In this document: positions 1-13,292 of the stretch, one piece after another | Layout of the letters: each line of letters starts with the position of its first letter | How positions within the stretch are numbered: position 1 is the first letter of the stretch | Origin: a virus | Length of the DNA stretch: 64,000 bases | Reading direction: 5' to 3' (one strand) | IMG/VR virus record: IMGVR_UViG_3300037515_000188 | Coordinates: 32,001 to 96,000 of that record | Notes under the pieces: generated by a model | Seen by the model: only the letters and a program-made list of their open reading frames with translations | The model's database searches: none | Told to the model about the DNA's origin: nothing | Made by a program: the position numbers and the translations under genes

Positions 1-194
1 TTTTAGAATATAAATATACTTCTAGCGAAGGATATACTGGATGTATTGATGGGGAACTTGTATCAGTTACTATTGCTGCAAATATGGCCAGAAGATTATT
101 AATAGCAGCTAAATCTAATAGCCTCGGTGGGTGCTTGCTTTGCAAGAATTAATATGGTATAATATTCAATTATATTTCTAACTTCGAGATAACA

Positions 195-824
195 GTGAAA
201 GATAAGGGAAGTATTGTTAGAAAGCTTGACAAAAATGGTTTAATTAAAGGTATCAAACCATTTGCGGTCAATACCCATTATGAAGTCATAATGGGATCAT
301 TCGCATATGGCGTATCTAATACTACGTCCGACATGGATGTATACGGAGTATTTACTCCACCGATTGAATATATTTTTCCACATATTGCTGGTTTTATTCG
401 AGGATTCGGAGAACCTGCTCCAGTTTATGATACATACCAGAAACATCATATTCAACATAATGAAAAGGAATATGATCTTGCATTATACAGTATAGTGAAA
501 TATTTCAATTTATGTGCGGATAATAATCCAAACATGATTGATTCTTTATTTGTTCCTTCACGGTGTATCATTCATTCTGATACAGTAGGAGATATTATTC
601 GGGAAAATCGAAAAATGTTTCTGCATAAGGGAATTCAAAAAAGATTTACCGGATATGCTTATTCTCAATTGAATAAATTGAAAACAAAGAAATTAACACC
701 ATGTATGAAAAAATTGGAAGATTTTGAAAGTTTGCATAACATATTAAATTCACCTACCATAAATACTTTAGAAAAAGAATTAAAAACTAGAGGATTATGG
801 AATGAAAGGAAAAATAACGAGTAA
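195..824 (+). CDS. DNA pol beta-superfamily (RlaP/NrdC.11-like) nucleotidyltransferase, N-terminal part of split gene
   Basis: GSFAYG..SDMDVYG catalytic motif, NNPN, GYAYSQL motifs. Confidence 0.8.
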   Translation: MKDKGSIVRKLDKNGLIKGIKPFAVNTHYEVIMGSFAYGVSNTTSDMDVYGVFTPPIEYIFPHIAGFIRGFGEPAPVYDTYQKHHIQHNEKEYDLALYSIVKYFNLCADNNPNMIDSLFVPSRCIIHSDTVGDIIRENRKMFLHKGIQKRFTGYAYSQLNKLKTKKLTPCMKKLEDFESLHNILNSPTINTLEKELKTRGLWNERKNNE

Positions 825-1734
825 TAAAGATATAACAAATGAAAGATTTGGAAAATTAATAGCTATAAAACCAACAAATGAAAGAAATAGAAAATCTATT
901 CTTTGGGAATGTAAATGTGATTGTGGAAATATTATAAAAAGATCAATTGGAGATTTAAATTCTGGTAAAAAGAGCGGAGCAAATCAATCATGTAATGAAT
1001 GTAAACAATCATTAAATTTAACAGGAAAAAAATATGGTAATTTAACTGCTATAAAACAAACAAAAAAAATTAAAGGAAAGGGATGGTATTGGATATTTAG
1101 ATGTGATTGTGGTAATAGTGTAGAAAAAATTGGTTCTCAAGTTTATAGAAAGGAAGGAAAATTAAATTGTGGATGTATAAAAAGAAAATTTACAAATAAA
1201 ATTGATTTAATGGGAAAACGGTTCGGTAAATTAAAAGTCATTTCAGAAAATGGATTATCAAACAAGCAACAAGCATTATGGAAATGTAAATGTGATTGTG
1301 GTAATATTATTTTAACTAGATCACATTACTTAATACAAGGAAGAAAAACACATTGCGGATGTATTAAAAAGAAATATAATAATCGAAAAATAATATTCTT
1401 AAATAATACTAAAATTAGTTATAGTTTTTGGAAAGGACTTAAATATGGCGCAAAATATAGAAATTTTGAATTTAATATAACTCCAGAATATATATGGAAG
1501 TTATTTAAAAATCAAAAAGAATTATGTGCATTAACAGGAAATGAAATATATCTTCTTCCATATTATACTAGAACTGCATCATTAGATAGAATTAATAGTA
1601 ATATTGGTTATGTTGAAGGAAATTTACAATGGGTTCATGTTAAAGTTAATATGCTAAAAATGAATTTTTCAGAAGATGATTTAATACATTGGTGTAAAAA
1701 AATATATGAGCATAACATTAAAAAATTTAAATGA
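802..1734 (+). mobile_element. Free-standing HNH-type homing endonuclease inserted in the nucleotidyltransferase gene
   Basis: Three FGKL..W.CxCDCGN repeats plus C-terminal SLDRINSNIGYVEGNLQWVH..N His-Me finger; overlaps both flanking ORFs. Confidence 0.8.
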
Positions 1735-2161
1735 TAATGAATTATTAGAATATTATTCATTATATTCTATTTTAACTGTAAGAGAAAGAGATAGACATGT
1801 AAATAAAATAGATACTAAATTTTCTACTCATATAGTTCGCTTAATCCTAGAATGTGAAATGGTAATGGTTCTTCATGATCTCGATCTTGAAGCCCATAGA
1901 GAGATTCTAAAGAGTGTTCGTCGTGGAGACTGGACCTTAGAAGAAATTGAAAATTGGTTTAAACGGAAAGAAGCAGAATTAGAGACTCTTTACATTGAAA
2001 GTACCTTGCCATATTCCCCTGATTATGGTAAACTAAAGAAATTGCTAATGAATTGTCTTGAGGCTCATTTTGGTTCACTTGCAGCGTATTTTAACATGGA
2101 AGGTAGTAGCAAGGTGATGCAAGATAAATTGAATCGTATTAGATCAGTATTAGAGGAATAA
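1706..2161 (+). CDS. Nucleotidyltransferase C-terminal part
   Basis: DTKFSTHIVRL..E..DLDL..LKSVRRGDWTLE..LPYSPD, the usual C-terminal helical half of this family. Confidence 0.75.
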   Translation: MSITLKNLNDNELLEYYSLYSILTVRERDRHVNKIDTKFSTHIVRLILECEMVMVLHDLDLEAHREILKSVRRGDWTLEEIENWFKRKEAELETLYIESTLPYSPDYGKLKKLLMNCLEAHFGSLAAYFNMEGSSKVMQDKLNRIRSVLEE

Positions 2162-3775
2162 TGATGAATGAATTAAATCATGATAAATTAGTTCGTGCAT
2201 ATGTTGAAACATGTGTAGAAAATATGGATATTGCTGATTTGATTACATATGCAACTGAATGCATGACAGAAAGATTATATGATATTTCACAAGAAGAATT
2301 AATTAATGAAATAACAAAATTTCTTCCCGAGTTACTTGATGAATTTAATTTAGAGAAATAATGATGAATAAATTAACTCACCTAGTTAATTTTCCTGATA
2401 TTTATCTTATCAGATCAACATCAGAAATTGATGATGAGACTAGTGCATCCTTATTTTGGTCAGTTCATATAGGATGGGTATCGATTCAGGATGCTACTAT
2501 TTTTTTAAAATCAGAGATAGCCACTTTTGCATATTTTCCGCTCGGCAGTGAAATTATTTGTTATAAATATGAGGTAGAATAAAAAATGTATTTATATTTT
2601 AACCAATTGGATGAGGATGATAATAATAGATTGAATGATATTTATAATGATGTTATTAATTCTGATCCATATTTACAAATATCAAAAAATGATGTGAAAT
2701 TTATGCTTAAAATTATTGAAATACTTGATAATGAAATTAATATTCTTTTAGATAGAATATAGAGGTTAAATAAATGAATACATCAGAATATCAATGGATA
2801 AAGATTCGTTATAAATGGGCGCATGGATTTGGACAATGGTTTTATATTTATGTAAGTAAAAAACTTTTAAAAGATGTTTATAAAAATAAAATAGATGATC
2901 TTTTTGAAGATAATAATTTCATAGAAGATTATTCATGGTCAGATAAATATCGTGAATATGAATTTAAATTAGTATCGCCATCTAAAGTTCCATTAAAAGT
3001 TTTGAAATCTTACATAAGACGATATGAATCTGATATGGATATTGCGCGTGATCAATTATTATATCTGAGGACTTTAGATGCCTACCGTACATGAAAATCA
3101 TATTATAGAGGTAGCCACGGCATTAGGATTGAAATTATGCGTAGGTTGTGATGGATTTTTCGATACAGCTACTACTATATTTGAAGTAGATGAAGATAAT
3201 TACGGTAAAGAAATTTGTTCCGGGTGTCGTGAATTTAAGGAACTTAACGAGGAAATTATGGAAAAAGAAAATCAACTTGAATTTCTTGTAGACGGTTTGA
3301 AACATTTATTAAATGGAGTAGAATCATTTGACTAAATACGGTATTGATGATATAATTCAATTGTAAAATTCATTGTGCGTTGAAAGATAGATTACTCAAC
3401 TATTGCAAAATCTGGATAAGGATGAGGATAAAACAAACCCCAGACACATGAATTTTAATACATTAATCTAAATACTTTTAATAGGGATTATAAATGAAAA
3501 TTTATTGTATTTTAAGTAATTATCAAGCAAATTTATCCTGTAGTGCATTTTATAATGAAAATAAAGCTATAAAAGAATTTCGTGAATTGGTATTAACAGA
3601 TATTAAAGATTGTACTAATTATGAAAATGAATTTGATATTAATTCATCATTTATAAGTAAAACAGAAGATGTTTTTTATTTTGCTGATTCTTCATATACT
3701 CATATAGATAGTGAACCATATGATATAGTATTGGAGGCAATAGAAGTAAATACAGAAGATGTAATTTAATATTAT

Positions 3776-3853
3776 GGGACGGTAGCACAACTGGTTAAGT
3801 GCAATCCCCTCATAAGGGATAGGTTACAGGTTCGAGTCCTGTCCGTCCCACCA
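3776..3853 (+). tRNA. tRNA with CAT anticodon (elongator Met or Ile2)
   Basis: Acceptor GGGACGG/CCGTCCC, anticodon arm ATCCC-CTCATAA-GGGAT, GGTTCGAGTCC T arm, encoded CCA; G1:C72 pair argues against initiator. Confidence 0.93.
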
Positions 3854-4000
3854 TAATTTAAAGACAATCAACAAATGGTACAGAAAAATAACAAAATATG
3901 TTTGACTTTATAAATAATTGTGTTATAATATAATTGTTTGTGGTACTTGGGGTAAGCGGCAAATTGCATGTAAGCATTGTCACACTGCCCCCTTTTTTCA

Positions 4001-4077
4001 GGATCGTTAGCTCAATTTGGTAGAGCAGCGGACTTTTAATCCGGTGGTTATAGGTTCGATCCCTATACGATCCACCA
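4001..4077 (+). tRNA. tRNA-Lys(TTT)
   Basis: GGATCGT/ACGATCC acceptor, CTTTTAA loop, GGTTCGATCC, CCA. Confidence 0.95.
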
Positions 4078-5192
4078 TATTATAAATGAGACCCATTATT
4101 CATGGATAAAAACATTTCAGAAGATACCAAGACACGGGAACCATGTGAATATTGTGGTAGTCATGGGAAAATTATGGGTTATTTTGAAAAGTTAATAGAT
4201 TGTCCTATGTGTGATGGCTGGGGATGGACAGTTTATAAAAAAGAGGAATATATCAATGAGCAAAAATAATACAAAAAAAGTTAGTATGACAATTTATGAA
4301 GAACTTTATCCTGAACTCGTTGCGGAAATAGTTGATCTTGAACGTAAGTTAATTGAAGCATGTAAACCGGCAGTATGTAATGTATGTGGAGGGTTCCCAT
4401 TATCAAATGATAGAAAGTGTATTTGCGACGGTATTGGTACGGAGCAAGCTGAACTTGTTGGATTGCGTAAAGAAATATTTAAAAGTGATCAAGCAAATAA
4501 TGAAATATTAAAAATTTGCACTGAAAAAGATTATTATGAATTTAAAGATGAAACAGAGCAATGCATTTATTATAGAGGATGTTTGATAGCTATTGAAAGT
4601 ATTATACACAATATTCTTAACTATGAGAGATAATATAATGAAAACAATTTTATGGATGATATTAAGATTTTTAATGCTGTGGGCATGCGTATTTTTAGCT
4701 TTGGCGGGTATACTAAGTATCAGCTATGGAATTTTTTTCATTGGTAATTTAATTCTTGAATTTTTAGGTCCCGGAGCCACTGCGTTACTTGGTGTATCAT
4801 TTATAACAGCTTTAGGTATAGCTGTCATAGAAGGATTGACGATATTAAAATAATTTTTAATATACCTAATTTTTAAATATAGGAGATATCTTTCATGAAA
4901 TATTTTATTGTTATACTTGCACTATTTTTACTTACCGGATGCGCGGATAATCCAACATATGTGATTAATGAATCTAATGTTCATGTCTATGGATTTTTTG
5001 GTGGATTTTGGCATGGAATGATCATTGTTTTTAATCTAATTGCCATGATCTTTTCTGATAATGTAGCCATTTATGCCCCAAGTAATTCCGGTGGTTGGTA
5101 TGCATTCGGGTTCTGGTTAGGATCATTGTTTCCATTAACATTAACAGGCAAAATAAAATATTGACAACTGTAACTAAATATGATACTATATT

Positions 5193-5300
5193 TGAATGAT
5201 GGCTAGCATCTAGCATCATTTCAGTGAACTCCGTTCTCCGCAGGCGTAATCGGTGCCGGACATTCAGGCACAGTTGGCAGATACCTAGAAACTGCCATAA
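5193..5300 (+). ncRNA. Candidate structured RNA or leader
   Basis: TTGACA-17-TACTAT promoter at 5161-5189; hairpins 5195-5220, 5253-5271, 5275-5297; GC-rich, no ORF. Confidence 0.45.
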
Positions 5301-7604
5301 TTATATTTTTTAATACGGAATATATATTATGATTATAAAATTAAAACCTAAACAACCTGATAAGAATCTAACAAATTCTATTGAAATAAATAATCATGAC
5401 TTAGGGGTTTTTAGCGGAATGACTATATCAGATATTTTTATTGCGATAAAAAAATATTTAAAATCTTTAAATTATACTGATGAAGAATTAACATATTTGA
5501 AATATGATGATATAAAAGTTTACCTTAAATATTCGGCTACTATAACTTTTATGTTTGATATACCAATATCAAAAGTCAATTATGATTCACAAGTTGAAAA
5601 ATTTAATACCAAGATGAAAAATTATAACAAATGGTATAATGAAAATAAAGATAAAATTGAACTTGAACTTGAAAATAGGACAAAGAGAAATAACGAAAGA
5701 AAAATTATTAACAAACATATATATGAATTAAAATCACAACTTAATCAATTAAATTGAGATGAATAATATGTTAAAGAAAATTGAAGAAATTATTCGTTGG
5801 GCAATTGTAATAATTATGGCAACCTTTATAATTAGTTTATATCTTTGATAAATATCTTAAAGAGGATATTATCATGGCTAGACCGAGTAAACCTAAAACA
5901 TTTGCCAGAACTAAACAACGTAAAAATGCAAAATCAGGCATTAATAAACTTAGTGATGTCTTATATAGTGCTAATAAATTACTAAGAGATGTTAATGCTT
6001 TAGAGAAGGGTAAAGTTATAGATCGTATTGAACGTAGAGTTCTAGGTAAATTGGCATCTAAAGGTTTATCTTCAAACTTACTTAAAATTTTCAGAAAGCA
6101 TTGACATTCATTCAATATTCATATATAATTATGGTATGACGGATCAAAATTCATATAACACCGATGAATTCATATGGACACAAACAAACATAGAAAAAAC
6201 TAAAAAATTGCTTTATCCAGAATTAAATAAATTAATATATGTATTGAATGAATTAAATAATTCTAAGTCTGAATATCATAATGAGATATCATCCAGAATA
6301 TTTGTTATCATAGGTAGATTATATTCTTATTGCGAGATTCTTAATAATATACAATTAGAAAAATTATTAGCTACTTTACAAAGTCAAATATCAATATTGT
6401 TAAATGGTATTAATGATCCCGGTTCGTTAATCGATATCATGGATAGTAAAAATAACATTATAGAATTTATTAATAAAACATAAAAATGGATAGATTAAAA
6501 TATCAATTATGGGAAATGCTTACAGGAATTTCATTAATTCTTGATGGTGTAATCAGTCTAATAACATTTGGTTTTTGTAATACCACGTCTCGAATGATAA
6601 TTTTACAATATCGAACTACTGGAAAATTCTTTAATCCAATGCTAATTGATGATAAAATAGACTGGATAAATAGTCAAGATATTGGAGCAAATTGTAATTT
6701 TTTTATAGGAGAAAAAAATGAGTAATTACGCAAATCGTTTACGTGCAGCACAATTACGAGGTAATACATCACCAAAGGAGTTATATCTATTAGAGGAAGT
6801 TGCCGAACATATTGACCAACTGGAATCAAAGATGGAATGGAATAAATTTGATTATGAAGATGCATCTACATTACCTGATGAATCATTAATTGTAATATGG
6901 AATATAGATGGACAAATGTATGCCAAACATTTTACATATGAAGATAATGATATTAAGGATATTGTAGCATGGCGTAAAATTTTACCATCGGATATTCCAC
7001 CATGGTTTAAATAATGTTTACATTATTTCAACATAACAATATATTGTATTATGGTTCTAATGGTATTACCGCAGAAAATTTTGGTAAGGCAGATCAACCA
7101 AATGGATGTGTCTGGTTTTGGAAAGATGCTCCTGAATCCATAAAAAAAGAATATAAAGAATCACATCCAGATTTTTTTGCAAATGCTCCTTATGGTGTAA
7201 TAAAAGAATGGATTGATAACCATATTATAAAATTAGGCATTAAATTATAAATGATATTAAAATATTTAATACTTAAATAATTTTATATAACATTACTTTG
7301 CACGATAACATAGGTAATGTTATCGTGCAAAGTAATGTTAACGTAACTATAAGAAATATTAATTTTATGCATCCTTTACAACAAGTCATTATACGTACAT
7401 TTAATCCACGTTCTGGAATATCAGGCATGTCCCGTATTAAATTTAGAGATTTACCAAATATACTTAAACGAAATTGCGAACGTGGTATAAAGACAACGGC
7501 ATATGAAAATGGTGATATAGATGGCATAATTATTGGTGTCGTATGGCATGATGATATAGAAGGATGGAAATGGTATTGTGAACCAGTAGAACAAATTTAA
7601 GACG

Positions 7605-8081
7605 ATGCATGAATTCAACCCAAGTTTTGTTAAAGTAACTACAGCATATGAATGTGCTGATATAATTAATTCATATCATGAAGATTATCCACAACGAGTA
7701 TATTCCACTTATGAAATAATTAATAATTGTTTGGATATGAACATGGTATCAATAAATGAATTTGAATGCAAAGGGTTTCATAGTTACATTATGAATGACT
7801 TGGTACCCCAATATAGAGGACAATGGAGGAATACTTATGTCACCATAGGTGGATATCAACCGTGCGCTCCTTGGATGATACAGGGCGAAATAGAAGAAGC
7901 TAATTTATTTCCATTTGAATTTTCTTCAATAATTGACGAGTCTGATATTATTAGATGGTATAGACAATTTGAAATCATCCATCCATTTATTGATGGTAAT
8001 GGCAGAGTGGGGGGAGTGATTGCAGCAATTGCGTCTTATTGGTTTTCCAAGGGTGAATATTTACTTGCTCCGGGGCAATGA
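7605..8081 (+). CDS. Fic/Doc family protein
   Basis: HPFIDGNGRVG Fic motif. Confidence 0.9.
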   Translation: MHEFNPSFVKVTTAYECADIINSYHEDYPQRVYSTYEIINNCLDMNMVSINEFECKGFHSYIMNDLVPQYRGQWRNTYVTIGGYQPCAPWMIQGEIEEANLFPFEFSSIIDESDIIRWYRQFEIIHPFIDGNGRVGGVIAAIASYWFSKGEYLLAPGQ

Positions 8082-8650
8082 TTATGTTATCATATTATCA
8101 TCATAATATAGTTTGGAGTAAATGTTATGAATGATGTACTGTATGTACTTTCCAGATGTAAATCAAAGACTGGCATAGAACGTTACAATACCACGCATTT
8201 TGGAACAGAACATGAAACCTTGTGTGGTAAAAAGGTTAATGAAATGTGGTGGATTGAAACTGATAACATACCAGTTACATGTAGAAAATGTATATCTAAA
8301 TATTGTGAACCATAAATTAATTACTCTTAATGGAATTTAATCATGAGATCAAGTTTTAATTATAAAGTAAAACAGATACCATCAATAGGTGATGTTGTAG
8401 TTATTGTAGATCGGTCTACAGATGATGATAATTACATGTCAGTAACTAATGATGCAGAAAATGTAGTAGAACATATTGTTCACGATATAGAATATATACC
8501 AGATAGATTTGTATATTGCGATACAATGAATACATGGAGTGAATTAGAAGTTGAAACAGATGGTAAATTTTGTGGATTTTTACCATTAGGAGAAGATTTT
8601 TCGTTTGACATTTTGAAAAATTATTGTTATAATGAAGTCTGATAAATAAG

Positions 8651-8900
8651 GATAGGAATGACATATAACAGAGATGTACCTGTTAGTGGAGAAGGTAATT
8701 CCTTAGAGGAAAAACTTCGCTGAAGCTTAGATGTTATGTATGATGAACAGTCTGTTGCCGGGACTTGAATGGTTCGACCTATCAGCGCAATTAGATCAAT
8801 GATGGGTTAATAGATAGACGTATCGACGGAACTGTTGACTATAGAGCGGGATGGCAACCCGGTCATACATAGACGGAATAATACACCGTCCATTCCTATC
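8651..8900 (+). ncRNA. Candidate 250-nt structured RNA
   Basis: Perfect 10-bp terminal helix GATAGGAATG/CATTCCTATC plus several internal helices; ATAAATA late-promoter motif at 8642-8648. Confidence 0.6.
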
Positions 8901-10351
8901 ATTATTTTTAATATTTCATAATTTATAATAGGTTATAAATATGGACACCTTAGAACTTATATTAACCAATCCGTTATTGTATATTGCCGGGTCTTTATTG
9001 TGTATTGTTCTTGTAATAGAATATGGAAGAGAAAATGATAATTTTCCTTTATGGTGTTCTTTCACTATATTTATTTCCCTATTGTTAATTTTTATTGCTT
9101 CATCTAAAATATTATGATATAATTATACCTCAATAAAACCATATACCTTAATGTCAACGTGAAGTATTAATTGGAACCTGAACATGAAAACATTAGAAGA
9201 ATGTAAAGCAGCAATAGATGAAATCTCGGAAATATGCAAAAAGCATGGAATACTCCTTGTAGGAACATGCAATAACGAAGGTATATACGGAGAAATTACT
9301 ATTGAAGATATTGATGATGTATTTGATATTTCAGTTCGTAAAGCGGACAATATTCTTAGATTTGAATATGAGAATTATGTAATTACTGGAATTAATCCTT
9401 ATTTTGATACTGCTAGAGAAGATAATACATGAATAATCCAAATGATTACAAAACAGAATTAGATAATATTCTTTTTCTTATCCGATCAGTGCATCCTGAC
9501 CCTGAATTTTCAGGAACCGCATATGATGGAGTGAACTGGTTACAACAGGAATATTTAAAGGAAATATTTTCTGATGACCATCCTGATATAGAAGTGATGG
9601 ATGATCTTGGAAATGAGCACACGATTCATTGGGAATATGGAGATGCATCTGTGGGTATTCAAAGTGGATATGTAATAGATGGCATGGTTGTTATTGATGA
9701 AATGAGAACCGAATAATCACTAAATAATAGTCGAAAATCCAAACGATTTTTCAGTTTTCGTTTTCAAAACCCTAATTGTTTTTTGACTTTTTGTGCTTAA
9801 TAGGATAAGATAATATCATGCCAGCAAAGTTGTTAACAAAAGAATATCGTTACTTATCTGAATTTGATGATGAGACGATATCATTTCTTGCCAGTGTCTT
9901 ATCATACAATAATATTACTGGGTCTGGTCTAACATATAAATTAATGGTGTGTCTCGAATATTTGAATAGGTTGTTTAATCATAATGTATATGATAATGAT
10001 ACTGGAGATAACATATTAAAAACCTTTCATGAACGATATGGTGTCACAATGGAAACATTTGTTATTCTCGGGTTAGATGATGATATTAATAAAGTGTTAA
10101 ATAGGGGAAACCTATTTTCTTCGGTTTATAAAGGTTGAATAATTTAAGTATATTTTATCTAAATTATAATTTAAGAACATGATGTAAGTTTATGTCAATG
10201 ATGAAAATGTATTAATGATCTATCAATCTTATTCTTTATTATTTGCAATTTAAAACTCCATTATAATTCCATTGGGAATTTTTAATGATTTTTTAGCCTA
10301 CCCCGCCCGATAATATTCCATTTGATTATATTGAAAAAGTCTAATATAACC

Positions 10352-10414
10352 AAAAGTTATATAACATAATTTTAACATAATTTTAACATAATTTTAACAT
10401 AATCAAAAGTTATA
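10352..10414. repeat. Tandem 11-bp repeat TAACATAATTT (4 copies, last partial) flanked by two CAAAAGTTAT
   Basis: Direct reading; inside a ~600-bp ORF-poor region. Confidence 0.8.
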
Positions 10415-12853
10415 ATCTCCCATAGCAAGCCATAGGCATAATTTACGCATTATGCGCACCGTCTTATATAATATCATAAAACAATATAAAATGTAAGGGG
10501 TTGACAAGCTTGATTTATTATGGTATTATATAGATAATGGGAGATGTGAGTTTCCTAAAAGTTAAAAGTACGGATTTCCGCCTGCTCATGGCCTTCTCTC
10601 CGATGCTTCGCAGTCCTATTGTTTATTGTTGGGAGCGGATTGCTTCTTCTTCGATTTCAAAATCATTATATCATAATAAGTAAAAAAATACAAGGGTTTT
10701 ATTCATGATAACATTTTTCATTGACCATATAGGAAAAAAATGTTATACTTGGCTAATTAATGGAATTATTCAGGAAAATTAAATAATGAACAAGCCTTGT
10801 TATGTATCTGAATTAGATAGTGATCGACTTGAATATATTTATACATCTGCTAACCCTACGGATTTTTATAAGGAACGAGTACCAGTATTATCAGATGAAA
10901 ATTTCAGAATATTAGTAGATGCATATAATGAATTAGTTCAACTATATTATCGCGGAGAAGTAGAATGAAGAAATTAGTGATAGAAGATCATGAAGAAATT
11001 GATGTTAATGATACTACGTTAGGTAATTTGATTTTTTTATTGGAAGAATATCGTACAAAATACGGTGAAGATGCATATTTTTCAATGGATGCTGAATATG
11101 ATGATTATGATAGGATACGATGTTTCCGTACACGTATATTGTTTCAACGGAATGAAACGGATATCGAATATGACAAGCGGGTAAAAACATTGAAAATAAA
11201 GCGTGAACAAAGAAAAGCTGCCAAATTGACAACGGAAGAATATGAACGTAAATTGTTACAAAAATTGAAAGAGAAATACGAAAAGTAGACATTATTTTAC
11301 TTGACCTAATGGTGGAATCATGTTAAAATGGTTCCACCATTCAACAATACAGGAAAGAAAAATGTCTCTTACCTTTGCTGAAATTTTTGAAAAAGCTTGT
11401 AAAGCCGCGCAAGAAAGTAGCGATTATGCAGAAGCTACTACAGATCATTGGTATCCTTGCGGTTTCGCATGGATCAATATCAAACCTGCCCGTGGACCCT
11501 TCATTTCATGGTGTCGGAAAAATGCTATCGGTGGAAAAGCATATGAAGGTGGTTGGAATATTACTTCTTATGCGGTGTGCCGACAAACTGCTACATGGTC
11601 TCAGAGCATGGTTGTAAAAAGTGCTGGTGTAGATGCCGCCGTTAGAGTGTTGCGCGAAAATGGTATCAATGCCTACCCATGTAACCGCATGGATTAATCT
11701 AACAAGCTGGGAAAGGTTAGATACCTTTTCCGACTTTACTGTCTTAAAATGGAATATACACTAATGCCCGATGTAACAGAAAATAATTGTACTCATGAAA
11801 ATTTTACAACGATTAAAAATGTAGGATATGATGCTGATCCTACCGGAGAAGAAAACCAACATATAGACAATTGTTTGGATTGCGGATGTTGCCGCTGGCG
11901 TATCGAAAGGTTACAAAATTTTACAGATTATCATCTAATACTCGGAGAATGGGGTAGTAATTGGTACTGGGTTTAATAAAAATATATCTTGAAAATAGTT
12001 GATTATTATGGTATGATATGCCATATCAAATGACCTAGTAAGGAAAATCAATCATGTATATTGTTTATGACATAGAGACTACAAAAATTGTAAAATCCTA
12101 TGATCTGGAACGGACAGCAAAAGCATTAGTCACCAGATTAAACAATGAAGCAACGTTCGCCGTTATTGCCTATACGGATGAAGATAATTATTATGCCAAT
12201 ATCGAAAAAATGATAGAACGCACTAATCTCATGACTGGTAAAAAATTTCTTGAAAGTGTAAATGTTCCTTATTGTTGTTCGCCATCATCTGAAACTTATT
12301 GGAGTTCATAATAAATATTCCTTGAAAATATCTGATTATTATGGTATGATATACCATATCAGATGACCTATAAAGGGAATCGGACATGAACGACACTAAA
12401 AGCTGGAAAACAATTGCCTATACCATTGAACGCACATTATTCTGGATTCTGTTAGTGGTGTCACTTTCATTCAACATCCTCGGATGGAATGATTATACTA
12501 CTATGGAATCACAAGTTAAATACATGAAAATGGAATTTGTTGATGATGTAGTAGGATATAATTATTGCGATAGAGAAGATAATATTTAAAAACTTCTGTA
12601 CAATGGTTTAGCAATATGATATAATGATTACATCATTTAAGGAATAACTTTAATGACTACTGATCCCGATTTTTTCAAAAAGCTGTATCTTTATAAAACT
12701 GCATTTTCGCCTTTGCATGATAGATATGTCGGTATTAAAAAGGTGCAAAGAGATGCATTTGGCGGCTATTGGATTACTGCTCATGTTACTGGATATCCTG
12801 AATACGAAACTTATTTATTCCGTCCGTTTGAATTGACAATGTATTGTCTCTGA

Positions 12854-13213
12854 TTGGAGTATAAGTTAATGGCTTACATGACTACAGAAAATGCCAAGCG
12901 TATCCGCACGGAATTGAAGAAATCTTTTCCAGAATTTAAATTTTCTGTAAAGAAAGGTTCTGGTAATTTGAGCATTGATGTAACCATTCTATCCGGTCCC
13001 GTAATTTTTGATTCGGAACGTCCCGATCATTCAGATTTAAATCCCTATTATCTGAATAAGTATGAACATTCAGAAATTCTTGAAAGAATGATTGCTATTA
13101 TCAATAATGGTAACTGGGATAAATCCGACATCATGACAGACTATTTCAATGTCGGATGGTACGTACATTTTCATCAAGGGAAATGGGACAAGCCTTATAT
13201 TCTTACACAATAA
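12854..13213 (+). CDS. LPD29-like domain protein
   Basis: AKRIRTELKKSFPEFKFSV..SIDVTILSGP pattern. Confidence 0.55.
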   Translation: MEYKLMAYMTTENAKRIRTELKKSFPEFKFSVKKGSGNLSIDVTILSGPVIFDSERPDHSDLNPYYLNKYEHSEILERMIAIINNGNWDKSDIMTDYFNVGWYVHFHQGKWDKPYILTQ

Positions 13214-13292
13214 TACAAAAATGTATTGACAATAAATCCATAATTTGATATAATCGTTACACGATTTAAAGACAAGACGGAGAAATAAGTTC

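Larger units (their letters stand above)
2161..10138 (+). other. Cluster of small co-oriented hypothetical phage genes (incl. predicted lipoprotein 4895..5164, membrane protein 4637..4853, basic protein 5874..6104)
   Basis: Closely packed + strand ORFs with RBSs and overlapping stop/start codons; LTGC lipobox in 4895..5164. Confidence 0.7.

Noticed and set aside
802-1734. Group I intron or intein in the nucleotidyltransferase
   Set aside because: No non-coding room for a ribozyme core, different reading frames, no intein terminal motifs
8651-8900. RNase P RNA (GAGGAAA and AACCCGG words)
   Set aside because: GAGGAAA is not followed by the GUCC P4 strand and the spacing does not fit; left unassigned
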